From the NCBI GenBank assembly GCA_049322915.1, contig JBMOPW010000020.1, positions 32,001-96,000 of the forward strand: a DNA stretch of 64,000 bases, read 5' to 3'. The translations under genes were made by a program, and so were the position numbers. Source of the DNA: Candidatus Zhuqueibacterota bacterium (GTDB lineage Bacteria > Zhuqueibacterota > Zhuqueibacteria > Thermofontimicrobiales > Thermofontimicrobiaceae). The notes below the pieces were generated by a model, which searched no databases, was not told the DNA's origin, and was given only the letters and a program-made list of their open reading frames with translations. Within the stretch, counting starts at the first letter, position 1. Every line of letters starts with the position of its first letter. Of the stretch, positions 29,341 to 39,509 are shown one piece after another.

Positions 29341-30729
29341 ATGATTGATAAACGTGGGAAAGTTCGCTTTTCTCACTCCCTAAATGAAATTCAGGAGAAC
29401 AAAGCCTTGATCAACAGGAAAGAATTAGCGCTGATCTGGATGACGATTATTCTTACTGCGATCCCCATATTCGCGCAGCAGTCGGAACCGCCGTTATTAA
29501 CGTTAGAACAGTGCCTGAGCATCGCACTCGAAAATAATCCCCGGCTACTGGCATCGCACTCATCGGTTCAGGAGAGCGAAGCCCGGGTCGACGAGATGCG
29601 GGCTGGTTTTTATCCCATGCTTGATTTTAATGCATCTGCCAGCCGCTCTTTTTACGAGATAAAAACTGGCAGCAGCGGTTCAACCACTCTCGATAATATG
29701 AGAGCTGGTATTTACGCCCATTATCCAATTTTCCAGGGATTTCAAACAGTGGCTTCAACGAAAGCCGCGCAAGCTGGCTATCAAGCCAGTCAGGCGCAGT
29801 ATCGCAGCGATGAGGCGGAGCTGGCGCTGAACGTCACCGAAGCCTATTACCGCTTGCTGCAGGCCGAACGTCTGGCTACCGTTGCTGAAAAGTCGCTGGA
29901 GCGCGCGCACATGCATTTGAGCTATGCCAATGCCCGATTTGAAACCGGGTTGGCTTCCCGATCCGATATTCTGAAAGCAAAGGTGGAACACTCCAATGCA
30001 GAATTGGCGTTGATTCGCGCCCGGAATGTTCATCTGGCAGCGGCAGGTCAGTTGAATGGATTGCTGGGTCGCAAAGCTTATCACCTCATTCGCATCGTGG
30101 ATAATCTGGATAGCGACGTTTCCGGAATCCATCGTGATTCGCTCCTGGTTCGCCCGGTTGTCCAGCGATTGGTTGAGATGGCGTATCAATCGCGTCCGGA
30201 ATTACGGAAAATGGAACAACAGGTGAAAGCCCAGCGGTCGGCGATCCGGGTGGCAAAAAGCGACTATTTTCCATCCCTTGCTCTAGATGGCAATTATACC
30301 TATTCCGGCGACGCGACATCGAATTTACAGGGTTCAACTTATATTGGACTCAGCCTGAGTTTTCCGTTGTTCAGCGGTTTTGCCCGTCCAGCGCGGGTAG
30401 CACAGGAAAATTGGGCGCTGCACGGTATTGAACAGCAACACCTGGCATTGCAGCTTCAGATTAGCATAGAAGTGTGGAACGCCTATCTTGCGGTCAAGGA
30501 AGCAGCAGAGCGGATTGGCAACAGCAAAATTTTTTATGAAAACGCACTGGAAAATTCCAGCATTGCCGAAGGGGAATACCGCGAAGGCGTGGGCTCGATG
30601 CTGGATGTGATCGATGCCCAGACCGCGCTGGTAACTGCAGAACAGAGCGCTATTGAAGCGTTAGCAGATTATAAAATTGCTTTGGCTAATCTGAACCGGA
30701 CAACCGGCTTTAATTGGAAGAATGATTGA
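29341..30729 (+). CDS. TolC family outer-membrane efflux protein
   Basis: LTLEQCLSIALENNP, YPMLDF/YFPSLAL, YREGVGSMLDVIDAQ; true start probably downstream. Confidence 0.9.
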   Translation: MIDKRGKVRFSHSLNEIQENKALINRKELALIWMTIILTAIPIFAQQSEPPLLTLEQCLSIALENNPRLLASHSSVQESEARVDEMRAGFYPMLDFNASASRSFYEIKTGSSGSTTLDNMRAGIYAHYPIFQGFQTVASTKAAQAGYQASQAQYRSDEAELALNVTEAYYRLLQAERLATVAEKSLERAHMHLSYANARFETGLASRSDILKAKVEHSNAELALIRARNVHLAAAGQLNGLLGRKAYHLIRIVDNLDSDVSGIHRDSLLVRPVVQRLVEMAYQSRPELRKMEQQVKAQRSAIRVAKSDYFPSLALDGNYTYSGDATSNLQGSTYIGLSLSFPLFSGFARPARVAQENWALHGIEQQHLALQLQISIEVWNAYLAVKEAAERIGNSKIFYENALENSSIAEGEYREGVGSMLDVIDAQTALVTAEQSAIEALADYKIALANLNRTTGFNWKND

Positions 30730-30772
30730 TCGGCGCATGATTTTTTAAGGGGTTCATTGATGGCTAAAAATT

Positions 30773-31288
30773 GGCAGAATAATCGGTCGGCAGAATGATT
30801 TTGTGAAAATGGATTGTTGGCAATTAACAATGAACTTCGTCATCAGATAAATTTTAAACATGATCAAGCTTGCTTTGCTGGGGTGACAGCAACAAAGAAA
30901 TAATTATTCTGCCGTGAAATCATTCTGCCATAATAACTGAATCATTAATTGGCAGAATAAGTGGTCGGCAGGATGATTTTGTGAAAATGGCTTATTGGCA
31001 CTTAACAATGAACATCGTCATCAGATAAATTTTAAACCTGATCGCCCTTGTTTCGCTGAAGTGATGGCAACAAAAAAATAATTATTCTGCCGTTAAATCA
31101 TTCTGCCAAAATAACTGAATCATTAAATGGCAGAATAATCGGTCGGCAGGATGATTTTGTGAAAATGGCTTATTGGCACTTAACAATGAACATCGTCATC
31201 AGATAAATTTTAAACCTGATCGCCCTTGCTTCGCTGAAGTGATGGCAACAAAAAAATAATTATACTGCCGTGAAATCATTCTGCCATA
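30773..31288 (+). repeat. Tandem array of ~2.9 x 178 bp palindromic units
   Basis: Units start at 30773, 30951, 31129; each opens GGCAGAATAA..GGCAG(A/G)ATGATTT and closes ATTAT(T/A)CTGCC..AAATCATTCTGCC. Confidence 0.92.
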
Positions 31289-31305
31289 CTAAAGGAAAAT
31301 GCAAA

Positions 31306-32358
31306 ATGAAAAAAATCTACATTGTCGCAGGCATATTTATTAGTTTAGCGGTGTTGGTGATCTGGGGCAGCTCCTTCCTGCGCGAGAAACAGGATACCGA
31401 TAGCATCCGAAAAACTATCGTAGTCACGCGACGGGACATTGGTTCCAGCGTACTGGCGACCGGGATTATCAAACCCATGGTGGGCGCCGAAGTGCGCGTC
31501 GGCTCGCGTGCATCCGGAATCGTCAGGAGCCTGCATGCCAATATTGGCGACCTGGTGCAGAGGGGACAGGTTCTTGCCGAATTAGACCCCACGGAATTGC
31601 AGGCTAAATACGACCAGGCGCTGGCGGCGCGGGAAAATGCCCGCGCCAATTTTGAATACGCCAAACTGGATCTGGATCGGCAGCGTTCGCTTTTGAAGCA
31701 GAATTTTATATCCCGGAACCAGCTCGATCTGGCGGAGAAAACCTTTGAGATCAACCAGTCGCAACTGAAGCAGGCAGATGCCAATCTGGCTTACGCCAGA
31801 GTGCAATTGGATTACACCAAAATTACCGCTCCCATTTCCGGTGTTGTGGCATCGGTGTCCACCCAGGAAGGCGAGACCGTCGCCGCCAGTTTTGCCGCAC
31901 CCACTTTTGTTACCATTATTGATCTGGAGCGCCTGGAGGTCTGGGCGTATGTGGACGAGACGGATATCGGCCGGATTCAGGAAAGACAAACCGCAATCTT
32001 TACTGTGGATACCTATCCGGATACTGATTTTGAAGGCATGATTACGGCAATCTATCCCAAAGCAGTGATTCAGGATAATGTGGTGAATTATGTGGTCACA
32101 TTAAAAATTACCAACTTCAAAGAAAAAATACTTCGTCCGGAAATGACCGCCAATGTGAGCATTTACCTTGAAGCACGAAAAGGCGTTTTAACCATTCCCT
32201 TAAGCGCCATTAAAAGAGAGCGCGGCGAACGATTCGTAACGGTGCTGGAAGGCGATAAGCAGGCGCCGCGCAAAGTCAAAACCGGCTGGACCAGCAATGG
32301 TTTGATTGAAATCATCAGCGGTTTAAATGAAGGCGAAAAAATAATAATTACTGACTGA
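31306..32358 (+). CDS. Periplasmic adaptor (MacA-like membrane fusion protein)
   Basis: VGSRASG, GDLVQRGQVLAELD, ITAPISGVV, VDETDIG, LRPEMTA. Confidence 0.92.
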   Translation: MKKIYIVAGIFISLAVLVIWGSSFLREKQDTDSIRKTIVVTRRDIGSSVLATGIIKPMVGAEVRVGSRASGIVRSLHANIGDLVQRGQVLAELDPTELQAKYDQALAARENARANFEYAKLDLDRQRSLLKQNFISRNQLDLAEKTFEINQSQLKQADANLAYARVQLDYTKITAPISGVVASVSTQEGETVAASFAAPTFVTIIDLERLEVWAYVDETDIGRIQERQTAIFTVDTYPDTDFEGMITAIYPKAVIQDNVVNYVVTLKITNFKEKILRPEMTANVSIYLEARKGVLTIPLSAIKRERGERFVTVLEGDKQAPRKVKTGWTSNGLIEIISGLNEGEKIIITD

Positions 32359-32373
32359 ACAAAGGAAACAAAG

Positions 32374-33126
32374 ATGAACAACATAATAATTCAAGCAAAA
32401 AGTCTTTCCAAGATTTACGGCAAGCAAGGCAACGCGGAAGTAGTGGCGCTCGATAATGTCTCTCTCGAAATTCGACAGGGAGAATTTGTCTCGATCATGG
32501 GGGCTTCGGGTTCCGGCAAATCAACGTTAATGAACATTCTCGGCTGCCTGGATAAACCGAGCAGTGGTTCCCTGGTTCTGGACAGCACTGAAATAAATAA
32601 GCTGGATGATGAACAATTAGCAAAAATCCGCAACCAAAAAATCGGATTTGTCTTTCAGTCGTTCAACTTGCTGGCGCGAACAAGCGCGCTGGAAAATGTC
32701 GAGCTGCCACTCATTTATTCCAACAAAGAAAATATCACCAGGCTTGCAAAAGACGCGCTGGTCTCGGTTGGATTGGAGGACCGAATGCATCATCATCCAA
32801 GCGAGCTTTCCGGCGGACAGCAGCAGCGGGTTGCCATTGCCCGCGCCCTGGTTAACAATCCGGAGATTATCTTTGCTGATGAACCAACCGGCAATCTGGA
32901 TACCCGCTCCAGTCTGGAGATAATTTCGCTCTTTGCGGAATTGAACAGATCCGGTAGAACTATCGTCCTGGTTACGCATGAGCCGGATATCGCCGCCCAC
33001 ACCAGACGCATCATCAAGATTGCCGATGGCAAAATCGTATCCGATGAAGCGAATCAAAATCCATTAAATGCTAAAAATGAACTTGAAAAAATACCTGCAG
33101 CGGAGGTTGCCAATGAAGACAACTAG
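32374..33126 (+). CDS. ABC ATPase (MacB/LolD type)
   Basis: GASGSGKS, LSGGQQQRVAIARAL, ADEPTGNLD. Confidence 0.93.
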   Translation: MNNIIIQAKSLSKIYGKQGNAEVVALDNVSLEIRQGEFVSIMGASGSGKSTLMNILGCLDKPSSGSLVLDSTEINKLDDEQLAKIRNQKIGFVFQSFNLLARTSALENVELPLIYSNKENITRLAKDALVSVGLEDRMHHHPSELSGGQQQRVAIARALVNNPEIIFADEPTGNLDTRSSLEIISLFAELNRSGRTIVLVTHEPDIAAHTRRIIKIADGKIVSDEANQNPLNAKNELEKIPAAEVANEDN

Positions 33127-34327
33127 ATTATTAAAAATCGCTTATACTGGTCTTGGAAGAAATAAGCTCCGGACATTCCTGATGATGATAGGGATCGTAA
33201 TTGGCATTACGGCGCTCACATTAATTATCTCGGTGGGAATCGGCGCGCAGGATCGGGTGATGGACCGGGTGAAAAAATTCGGGCTGGAGAGCATTATGGT
33301 ATTTGCCGGCGGCGGCAGAGAAATGGGTCAGCCGAGCGGCGGACAGATTACCACATTAACCCTGCAGGATGCTGAAGCGATCAAGCGCGAGGTGAGCGCA
33401 ATCGACGAGGTGGCGCCGTTTAACCGTAAAGGCAATGCGGAAATTAAATATCTGGATAATTCAACCACCGCGACGGTTTTCGGTATTACCCCGACCTGGG
33501 CATCCGTCTGGGACTGGGACGCTGAAACAGGTGATTTTATTTCGGAAGAAGATATGGCTAATTTTAATCGGGTTTGTCTGTTGGGCCCCACAGTGAAGAA
33601 GGTACTGTTTGGAGATGAAAATCCAATTGGGCAGCAAATCCGCATCGGTACTATTCAGTTCGAGGTGAAAGGCGTAATGCAGCCCAAGGGAACCAGTCCC
33701 GGCGGCGGTGACATGGATAACCGGGTGAATATTCCACTGACTACGTTTATGCGCCGTGTGGCCAATGTGGATTATATTGCCGGGATTAAAATTCTGTTGA
33801 CTTCCGCCAGCGAGATGGAACAAGCAGCCGAAAATATCCGGGCGATTCTTCGGGAACGGCACAGCATTGCAGCAGGTATGCCGGATGATTTTTCAATTAC
33901 AACGCCCACTGAAGTGACTCAATTTGCAGAGAAGGTTGCCGGGACATTCAACATTTTTCTGGCGCTCGTAGCTGGCATTTCTTTAATCGCCGGCGGAGTT
34001 GTTGTTGCTAATATCATGCTCATATCAGTGAACGAAAGAAAAAAAGAAATTGGTTTGCGTAAAGCAGTTGGAGCAAAGAGTAAAGACATCATGATGCAAT
34101 TCCTGTTTGAAGCATCTGCCGTTACGTTGATCGGGGGAGTCATCGGAATAATTCTCGGCGGAGGAGGCGCAAAAATTTTGGAGATGATAACAGGCATGCC
34201 GGTATCCATCTCCTGGGAAAGCGTTACCCTCGGTGTCGTTTCTTCAAGTTTGATTGGAATTATCGCGGGACTGCAACCGGCAAAACGCGCCTCCAAACTG
34301 CAACCAGTTGAAGCCCTGCGATCATAG
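33113..34327 (+). CDS. MacB/FtsX-type ABC permease
   Basis: RTFLMMIGIVIG, SVNERKKEIGLRKAVGA, PAKRASKLQPVEALR. Confidence 0.92.
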   Translation: MKTTRLLKIAYTGLGRNKLRTFLMMIGIVIGITALTLIISVGIGAQDRVMDRVKKFGLESIMVFAGGGREMGQPSGGQITTLTLQDAEAIKREVSAIDEVAPFNRKGNAEIKYLDNSTTATVFGITPTWASVWDWDAETGDFISEEDMANFNRVCLLGPTVKKVLFGDENPIGQQIRIGTIQFEVKGVMQPKGTSPGGGDMDNRVNIPLTTFMRRVANVDYIAGIKILLTSASEMEQAAENIRAILRERHSIAAGMPDDFSITTPTEVTQFAEKVAGTFNIFLALVAGISLIAGGVVVANIMLISVNERKKEIGLRKAVGAKSKDIMMQFLFEASAVTLIGGVIGIILGGGGAKILEMITGMPVSISWESVTLGVVSSSLIGIIAGLQPAKRASKLQPVEALRS

Positions 34328-34405
34328 GGTGTATCCTTTGCTTTTACAGATTGAGGAAAAGAATAATTTATCGGCATTTGAAAAAACGAAGATTAAGCTT
34401 ACACC

Positions 34406-35629
34406 ATGAAAATTGCACGAAGTATTAAAATATCGAGGAAGCAGCTCTTAGCGCATAAATTGCGAACGATCCTTGCGCTTGTTGGAATTATAATAGGCGT
34501 ATCCGCGGTAATCATTATGGTGGCTATTGGCAATGGCGCGCAGAATGAAGTGCTGAGTAAAATTGAAGCGATGGGCGCCGACCTTTTAATCATAAATGCG
34601 GGTCAGGTTCAAAAAACTGCCGGCAGAATGCAGGTGCAGGGAGTGGTTACAACGCTTACACTTCAGGATGTCACGGCGCTTCAGAAGGAATGTTCGCTCG
34701 TTGAACGAGCCGCACCGGTACAGAGTAAAAAAATGCAGGTTAAATATGGCAACTTGAGTACAAATACAACGATTGTTGGAACCACGAGCGACTTCCAAGC
34801 GATTAGAAATTTTCGCGCTGCTACAGGGTGGTTCTTTAGCGACGAAGAAAATTCCGCATCAAGACGAGTGGCTGTATTAGGACGATCCGTCGTCAATAAT
34901 GTATTTGGAAGCGAAGACCCGATCGGAGAAACGATACGCATTGGAAAAATTCCATTCGAAGTGATTGGTGTAATGGAAGCTAAGGGAGTTGACCTGAACG
35001 GATTTGACCAGGATGATCAAATTTTTATTCCGATACGTACAGCCCTGAGAAGAGTATTCAATCTGAGCTACATCAATTCCATAAACATCCAGGCTGTCAG
35101 TCTGGAAAAAATGAAGGAGACCGAAAAACAGGTCATCGAAGTTTTAAGAGACCGGCATCGCTTGAATAAACAAAATAAAGCCGACGATTTTACAGTACAA
35201 AATCAAACTGACCTTTTAGAAACACAGCGCGAAACAACCGACACGTTTACAATGCTGATTACAAGCATTGCCGCCATCTCTTTACTGGTAGGCGGCATCG
35301 GCATTCTGGCGATCATGCTTATCGCGATTCGTGAAAGAACAAATGAGATCGGCTTGCGGATGGCTGTGGGTGCAAGCCGCAAAGATATCCTGATTCAGTT
35401 TGTCATTGAATCGGCTATTCTTAGCATTGGCGGAGGAGTAATCGGGATATTCATTGGTGTGGTTGTCTCGTTTATAATCTCCTTTGGAACTGAATGGGCA
35501 GCAAGCGTTTCTTTGGCATCGATAGTTTATTCATTCGGTTTCTCGATGCTCGTCGGATTATTCTTCGGAGTATATCCGGCGCGGAAAGCTTCCTTGCTCG
35601 ACCCTATCCATGCGTTGCGGAGTGAATAG
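34406..35629 (+). CDS. MacB/FtsX-type ABC permease (second)
   Basis: RTILALVGIIIG, ERTNEIGLRMAVGA, YPARKASLLDPIHALR. Confidence 0.92.
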   Translation: MKIARSIKISRKQLLAHKLRTILALVGIIIGVSAVIIMVAIGNGAQNEVLSKIEAMGADLLIINAGQVQKTAGRMQVQGVVTTLTLQDVTALQKECSLVERAAPVQSKKMQVKYGNLSTNTTIVGTTSDFQAIRNFRAATGWFFSDEENSASRRVAVLGRSVVNNVFGSEDPIGETIRIGKIPFEVIGVMEAKGVDLNGFDQDDQIFIPIRTALRRVFNLSYINSINIQAVSLEKMKETEKQVIEVLRDRHRLNKQNKADDFTVQNQTDLLETQRETTDTFTMLITSIAAISLLVGGIGILAIMLIAIRERTNEIGLRMAVGASRKDILIQFVIESAILSIGGGVIGIFIGVVVSFIISFGTEWAASVSLASIVYSFGFSMLVGLFFGVYPARKASLLDPIHALRSE

Positions 35630-35727
35630 TAGAAATGGGAAGCAATCCTATGTGGATTGTTTTGTGTATTGAAAATGAGTGAATAGAATGGGGCTTGAAA
35701 TTGCCAGGCGCTGAAGGGAAAAAAACA

Positions 35728-36552
35728 ATGAAACCAGAAGAGATCAGGAGGAGCGTTCGGGAAAAATACGGCGAGATTGTTACCCACAAGGGAACATCCT
35801 GTCAGCCAACAGGGTCATGCTGTTGCGGCAGTGACGTTGCCGACGAGATCAGCAAAAGCTTTGGCTACTCAGAGGACGATTTGGCGGCGGTTCCCACTGG
35901 TTCCAATTTAGGACTCGGCTGCGGCAATCCCATTGCCCTTGCTTCACTGAGACCAGGCGAGATTGTGCTCGATCTCGGTTCCGGCGCCGGCCTGGACAGT
36001 TTTTTAGCGGCCGAAAAAGTCGGTGCGACCGGCAAAGTCATCGGTGTGGACATGACGCCGGAGATGCTGGAAAACGCGCGGCGAAATGCTGAAACAGGGA
36101 ACTACACCAATGTGGAGTTTCGATTGGGGGAAATCGAACACTTGCCGGTAGCGGATAATTCAGTGGATGTCATCATTTCCAATTGTGTCATCAATCTTTC
36201 GCCGGACAAGGACAGCGTTTTCAATGAGGCGTTTCGCGTGCTGAAACAGGGCGGGCGTCTGTTGATATCGGATATCGTTCTTTTGGGTGAGTTGCCGGAA
36301 TTCATCAAAAATTCCATCGAAGCCTATGTGGGGTGTCTCTCCGGCGCGCTTTTGAAGGAAACATATTTGAAGAAAATTGAAACTGCCGGCTTCGGAGAGG
36401 TAACCGTACTTGAGGATGCTTCATTTCCAGTTGATTTGATGTTGAATGATCCGATCGCACAGATTGTGAATCAAATTCCTGAATTGACCGCTGAAATTGG
36501 ACGTGAAGTCGAAGGGCTGGTACTCAGCATAAGGATTTCAGCGACAAAATAG
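35728..36552 (+). CDS. arsM: Arsenite S-adenosylmethionine methyltransferase
   Basis: SCCCG, LGLGCGNP, LDLGSGAG, ISNCVINL, YVGCLSGA. Confidence 0.93.
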   Translation: MKPEEIRRSVREKYGEIVTHKGTSCQPTGSCCCGSDVADEISKSFGYSEDDLAAVPTGSNLGLGCGNPIALASLRPGEIVLDLGSGAGLDSFLAAEKVGATGKVIGVDMTPEMLENARRNAETGNYTNVEFRLGEIEHLPVADNSVDVIISNCVINLSPDKDSVFNEAFRVLKQGGRLLISDIVLLGELPEFIKNSIEAYVGCLSGALLKETYLKKIETAGFGEVTVLEDASFPVDLMLNDPIAQIVNQIPELTAEIGREVEGLVLSIRISATK

Positions 36553-36566
36553 AATCGGAGTGAACA

Positions 36567-37073
36567 ATGCCCGAAGATATTGCTAAACTTATTGTTGGCA
36601 ATGTGCACATTGGCATTGCCGGCCTGAATAAAATCATCGAAGAAGTGAAAGCCATGCGCCTTTCCGACGAAGCCAAACTACAGTCCCTTTTGTTGGAAAA
36701 AGTGAAAGTCCACAATTACGTGCCGCCATCCAAAGAAAACGAATACGCCGCCGCTCTGCTCAAATTCTACCAAAAGTCGATTGGAATTCAGGTCGAAACA
36801 GCAGGCGCTGATGGATGCGTATTTTACATCCTCGGCCCGGGCTGCCCTGCCTGCGACCAATTAGAACGCGATACAAAATCCATTCTCGCCGAACTGAACG
36901 TGGCCGCACAGGTGGAACACATCCGGGACGTCAATGAAATCGCCAGTTTCGGTTTCATCCGAACGCCGGCGCTGGTTTTGAATGAAAAAGTCATCCTGTC
37001 GGGACGGACCATTCCTATAAACCAACTGAAAAAAATATTTTCTGAAGAACTCAACAAGGAGCATAAATCATGA
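36567..37073 (+). CDS. Thioredoxin-like (MTH895-type) protein with N-terminal domain
   Basis: ILGPGCPAC..TPALVLNE..GR; N-terminal NYVP motif. Confidence 0.8.
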   Translation: MPEDIAKLIVGNVHIGIAGLNKIIEEVKAMRLSDEAKLQSLLLEKVKVHNYVPPSKENEYAAALLKFYQKSIGIQVETAGADGCVFYILGPGCPACDQLERDTKSILAELNVAAQVEHIRDVNEIASFGFIRTPALVLNEKVILSGRTIPINQLKKIFSEELNKEHKS

Positions 37074-37309
37074 ACATCAAAATTTTAGGATCGGGCTGCG
37101 CCAATTGTGAAAAACTGGAAGCACTGGCAAAACAGGCTGCTGAAGATTTGAACGTGGACGCCACATTTCTGAAAGTAAAAAAAATCGACGACATTCTGGA
37201 CTACGGAATCGCCCGCACGCCTGGCCTGGTGATCGATGAAGTAGTGAAATCATCGGGCAGAATTCCTTCGCTGGATGAAATAAAAAAGTGGATTCAGGAA
37301 GCTAAGTAA
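37070..37309 (+). CDS. Small redox-active disulfide protein (TM0996/MTH895 type)
   Basis: IKILGSGCANC..TPGLVIDE..GRIPS. Confidence 0.88.
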   Translation: MNIKILGSGCANCEKLEALAKQAAEDLNVDATFLKVKKIDDILDYGIARTPGLVIDEVVKSSGRIPSLDEIKKWIQEAK

Positions 37310-37500
37310 ACAACCACAAAAAAATAATTACCAATACTTAATTCTTTTAGCTATTGAATTAAAATGACCGTTGAATACGCCAAAGGACGCATCTGCCTTT
37401 GGCATGATCCGTGTGAATCAGTGTCATCCGCGTCATCCGCGTGCCATGAATTAACTCAAGTTTGCCACTAACTCAATTATCGAAAAAAAGTAAGTTACGC

Positions 37501-38355
37501 ATAAAAGACCGAACCAAACTAATGGTCAATATAACAACTTTTTTGGCCGCCTATTTCATTCCATTCGAAAAAGTGTACGTGCAAAAAGCGCTGCTGGAAT
37601 CGTTTCTGATGCTGCAGGAATATCCCCGCGAGCATGTGCTCTTCTGTCTCGTGCCGGCGTTCTTCATCGCCGGCGCCATTTCCGTTTTGTGAATCAGGCG
37701 GCTGTGATGAAGTATTTCGGCGCAAAGGTGAACAGAGTTTTATCCTGCACAGATGCATCGGTATCAGGGACAATTCTCGCGGTCTGTTCCTGCATCGTCC
37801 TCCCTCTATTTGCCGGCATTTACAAACGCGGCGCCGGCATTGGTCAGGCAACCGCCTTTCTCTATTCAGGCCCGACCAACGATATGCTGGCAATTATTCT
37901 CATTGCCAGTGTTTTGGGGCCGAAAATGGGAATCGCACGAGCTGTCGGCGCTATTTTATTTTCGGTGATCATTGGCCTGGCAATGACCTTCATCTTCCGC
38001 AGGCAAGAAAAAGAGCGCAACGAAAAAGCCATCAATTTCACGCTGGGCGCTGAAGAAATGACGCGCCCTGTGGAAAAACAGTCTCTATTTTCTCTCGCTG
38101 GTTTTCATCCTGATTTTTGCTGACTGGGGCAAGCCGGCGAGCCATTGGGATTCTGGAACGCCGTATTCCAAATCAAATGGCCGATAACGTTGACGCTACT
38201 GGTTTTGCTGGGACTGCAACTGTGGCGCTGGTTCAAAAAAGACGAGCATTCCCAGTGGCTGAACCAGACATGGTTTTATGACTGGCAAATTCTGCTGCTA
38301 TTGTTTGGCGGCGTGCTGTTCGCTGGCTTTTTAAAGGGTCGCCCCAGTACCGATT
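37501..38355 (+). pseudogene. arsP: Degraded ArsP-like permease, paralog of 23536-24708
   Basis: Start ATG changed to ATA, 1-bp deletions near 37688 and 38068, truncated after GRPSTD. Confidence 0.88.
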
Positions 38356-38391
38356 CAGACCAGACGAAGCGATGAATAAAGTACTTCTGCC

Positions 38392-38468
38392 CTCTCGCAT
38401 CTATCTTTTAGCGTCTCGCATCTTGCTTCTAGCGTCTAGCTTATAGCGTCTGGCATCTCGCTTTTATC
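38392..38468. repeat. Degenerate heptamer tract (11 x 7 bp)
   Basis: ctctcgc atctatc ttttagc gtctcgc atcttgc ttctagc gtctagc ttatagc gtctggc atctcgc ttttatc. Confidence 0.7.
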
Positions 38469-38568
38469 CATCCAAAGAAGACCTGACAATACGGTCATGA
38501 AGAGACAGAAAAGCAACTAATGGGGAAAGGATAAGATTGGCCTCACTGAGGGATTTTGATGCATCGAT

Positions 38569-38955
38569 TTAAACGATTTTATTTTCCAGATTTAATATTC
38601 GTGTTTCGTGGTTATCGATTGTCTTTTCATGGCGTGTGCGTGCATGATCCACTGCTGTTTTTTCAGTCTTTCCATTTTGAAGCCCTTTGGCAATACCATC
38701 GATGGCCGTCATCATAATATCAAACTTGTTGTCGAGAGAATCCAGACGGTCATCTACCCGCTGAAATCCATTATTCATTTCAACTTTGAGTTCAGCAATG
38801 TCGTTGCTATTTTTAAGCACCTGGCGGGCGACAACTTCCAGGGCTTCTTTTGTCGCATATTTGCTCAATTCATTTCTAAAATCTTGTTTAAGCTCCTGTT
38901 TAAGATTTTCAAGATCCTTTTTTGTTGCGACATCGTTCTCGGAATGGACAGCCAT
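38569..38955 (-). CDS. Small coiled-coil hypothetical protein (copy B)
   Basis: ATKKDL/ATKEAL motifs and heptads; near-identical to 39018-39425; GGGAG RBS. Confidence 0.75.
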   Translation of the reverse strand: MAVHSENDVATKKDLENLKQELKQDFRNELSKYATKEALEVVARQVLKNSNDIAELKVEMNNGFQRVDDRLDSLDNKFDIMMTAIDGIAKGLQNGKTEKTAVDHARTRHEKTIDNHETRILNLENKIV

Positions 38956-39017
38956 TTTTTTCTCCCGGATTCTAACTTTAAGGTTAATAAAAAATTATCC
39001 TGCCAAACCAAAGTTCG

Positions 39018-39425
39018 TCAGGCTGTTTTCGTCTCCAGGTTTAATATTCGTGTTTCGTGGTTATCGATTGTCTTTTCATGGCGTGTGAGTGCATGATCCA
39101 CTGCTGATTTTTCAGTCTTTCCATTTTGAAGCCCTTTGGCAATACCATCGATGGCCGTCATCATAATATCAAACTTGTTATCGAGAGAATCCAGCCGAAT
39201 TTCCACGTTATCAAGACGCTGATCTACCCGCTGAAACCCATTTTTCATTTCCACTTTGAGTTCAGCAATATCATTGCTGTTTTTAAGCACCTGACGGGCG
39301 ACAACTTCCAGGGCTTCTTTTGTCGCATATTTGCTCAATTCATTTCTAAAATCTTGTTTAAGCTCCTGTTTAAGATTTTCAAGATCCTTTTTTGTTGCGA
39401 CATCGTTCTCGGAATGTACAGCCAT
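39018..39425 (-). CDS. Small coiled-coil hypothetical protein (copy A)
   Basis: As copy B with one extra heptad; TTGACT-17-TATGTT promoter at 39463-39491 on the minus strand. Confidence 0.75.
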   Translation of the reverse strand: MAVHSENDVATKKDLENLKQELKQDFRNELSKYATKEALEVVARQVLKNSNDIAELKVEMKNGFQRVDQRLDNVEIRLDSLDNKFDIMMTAIDGIAKGLQNGKTEKSAVDHALTRHEKTIDNHETRILNLETKTA

Positions 39426-39509
39426 TTTTTTCTCCCGGATTTTTTATGTTGGACTTGTAATAAACATAAAGCAATCTTGTTAAAAAGTCAACACATATTT
39501 TTATAAAAT

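Noticed and set aside
30773..31288. CRISPR array or coding repeat
   Set aside because: No repeat-spacer alternation and no ORF of meaningful length
19033..38400. Arsenic island as an intact ICE, prophage or transposon
   Set aside because: No integrase, transposase, conjugation or phage genes, and no tRNA or att duplication seen
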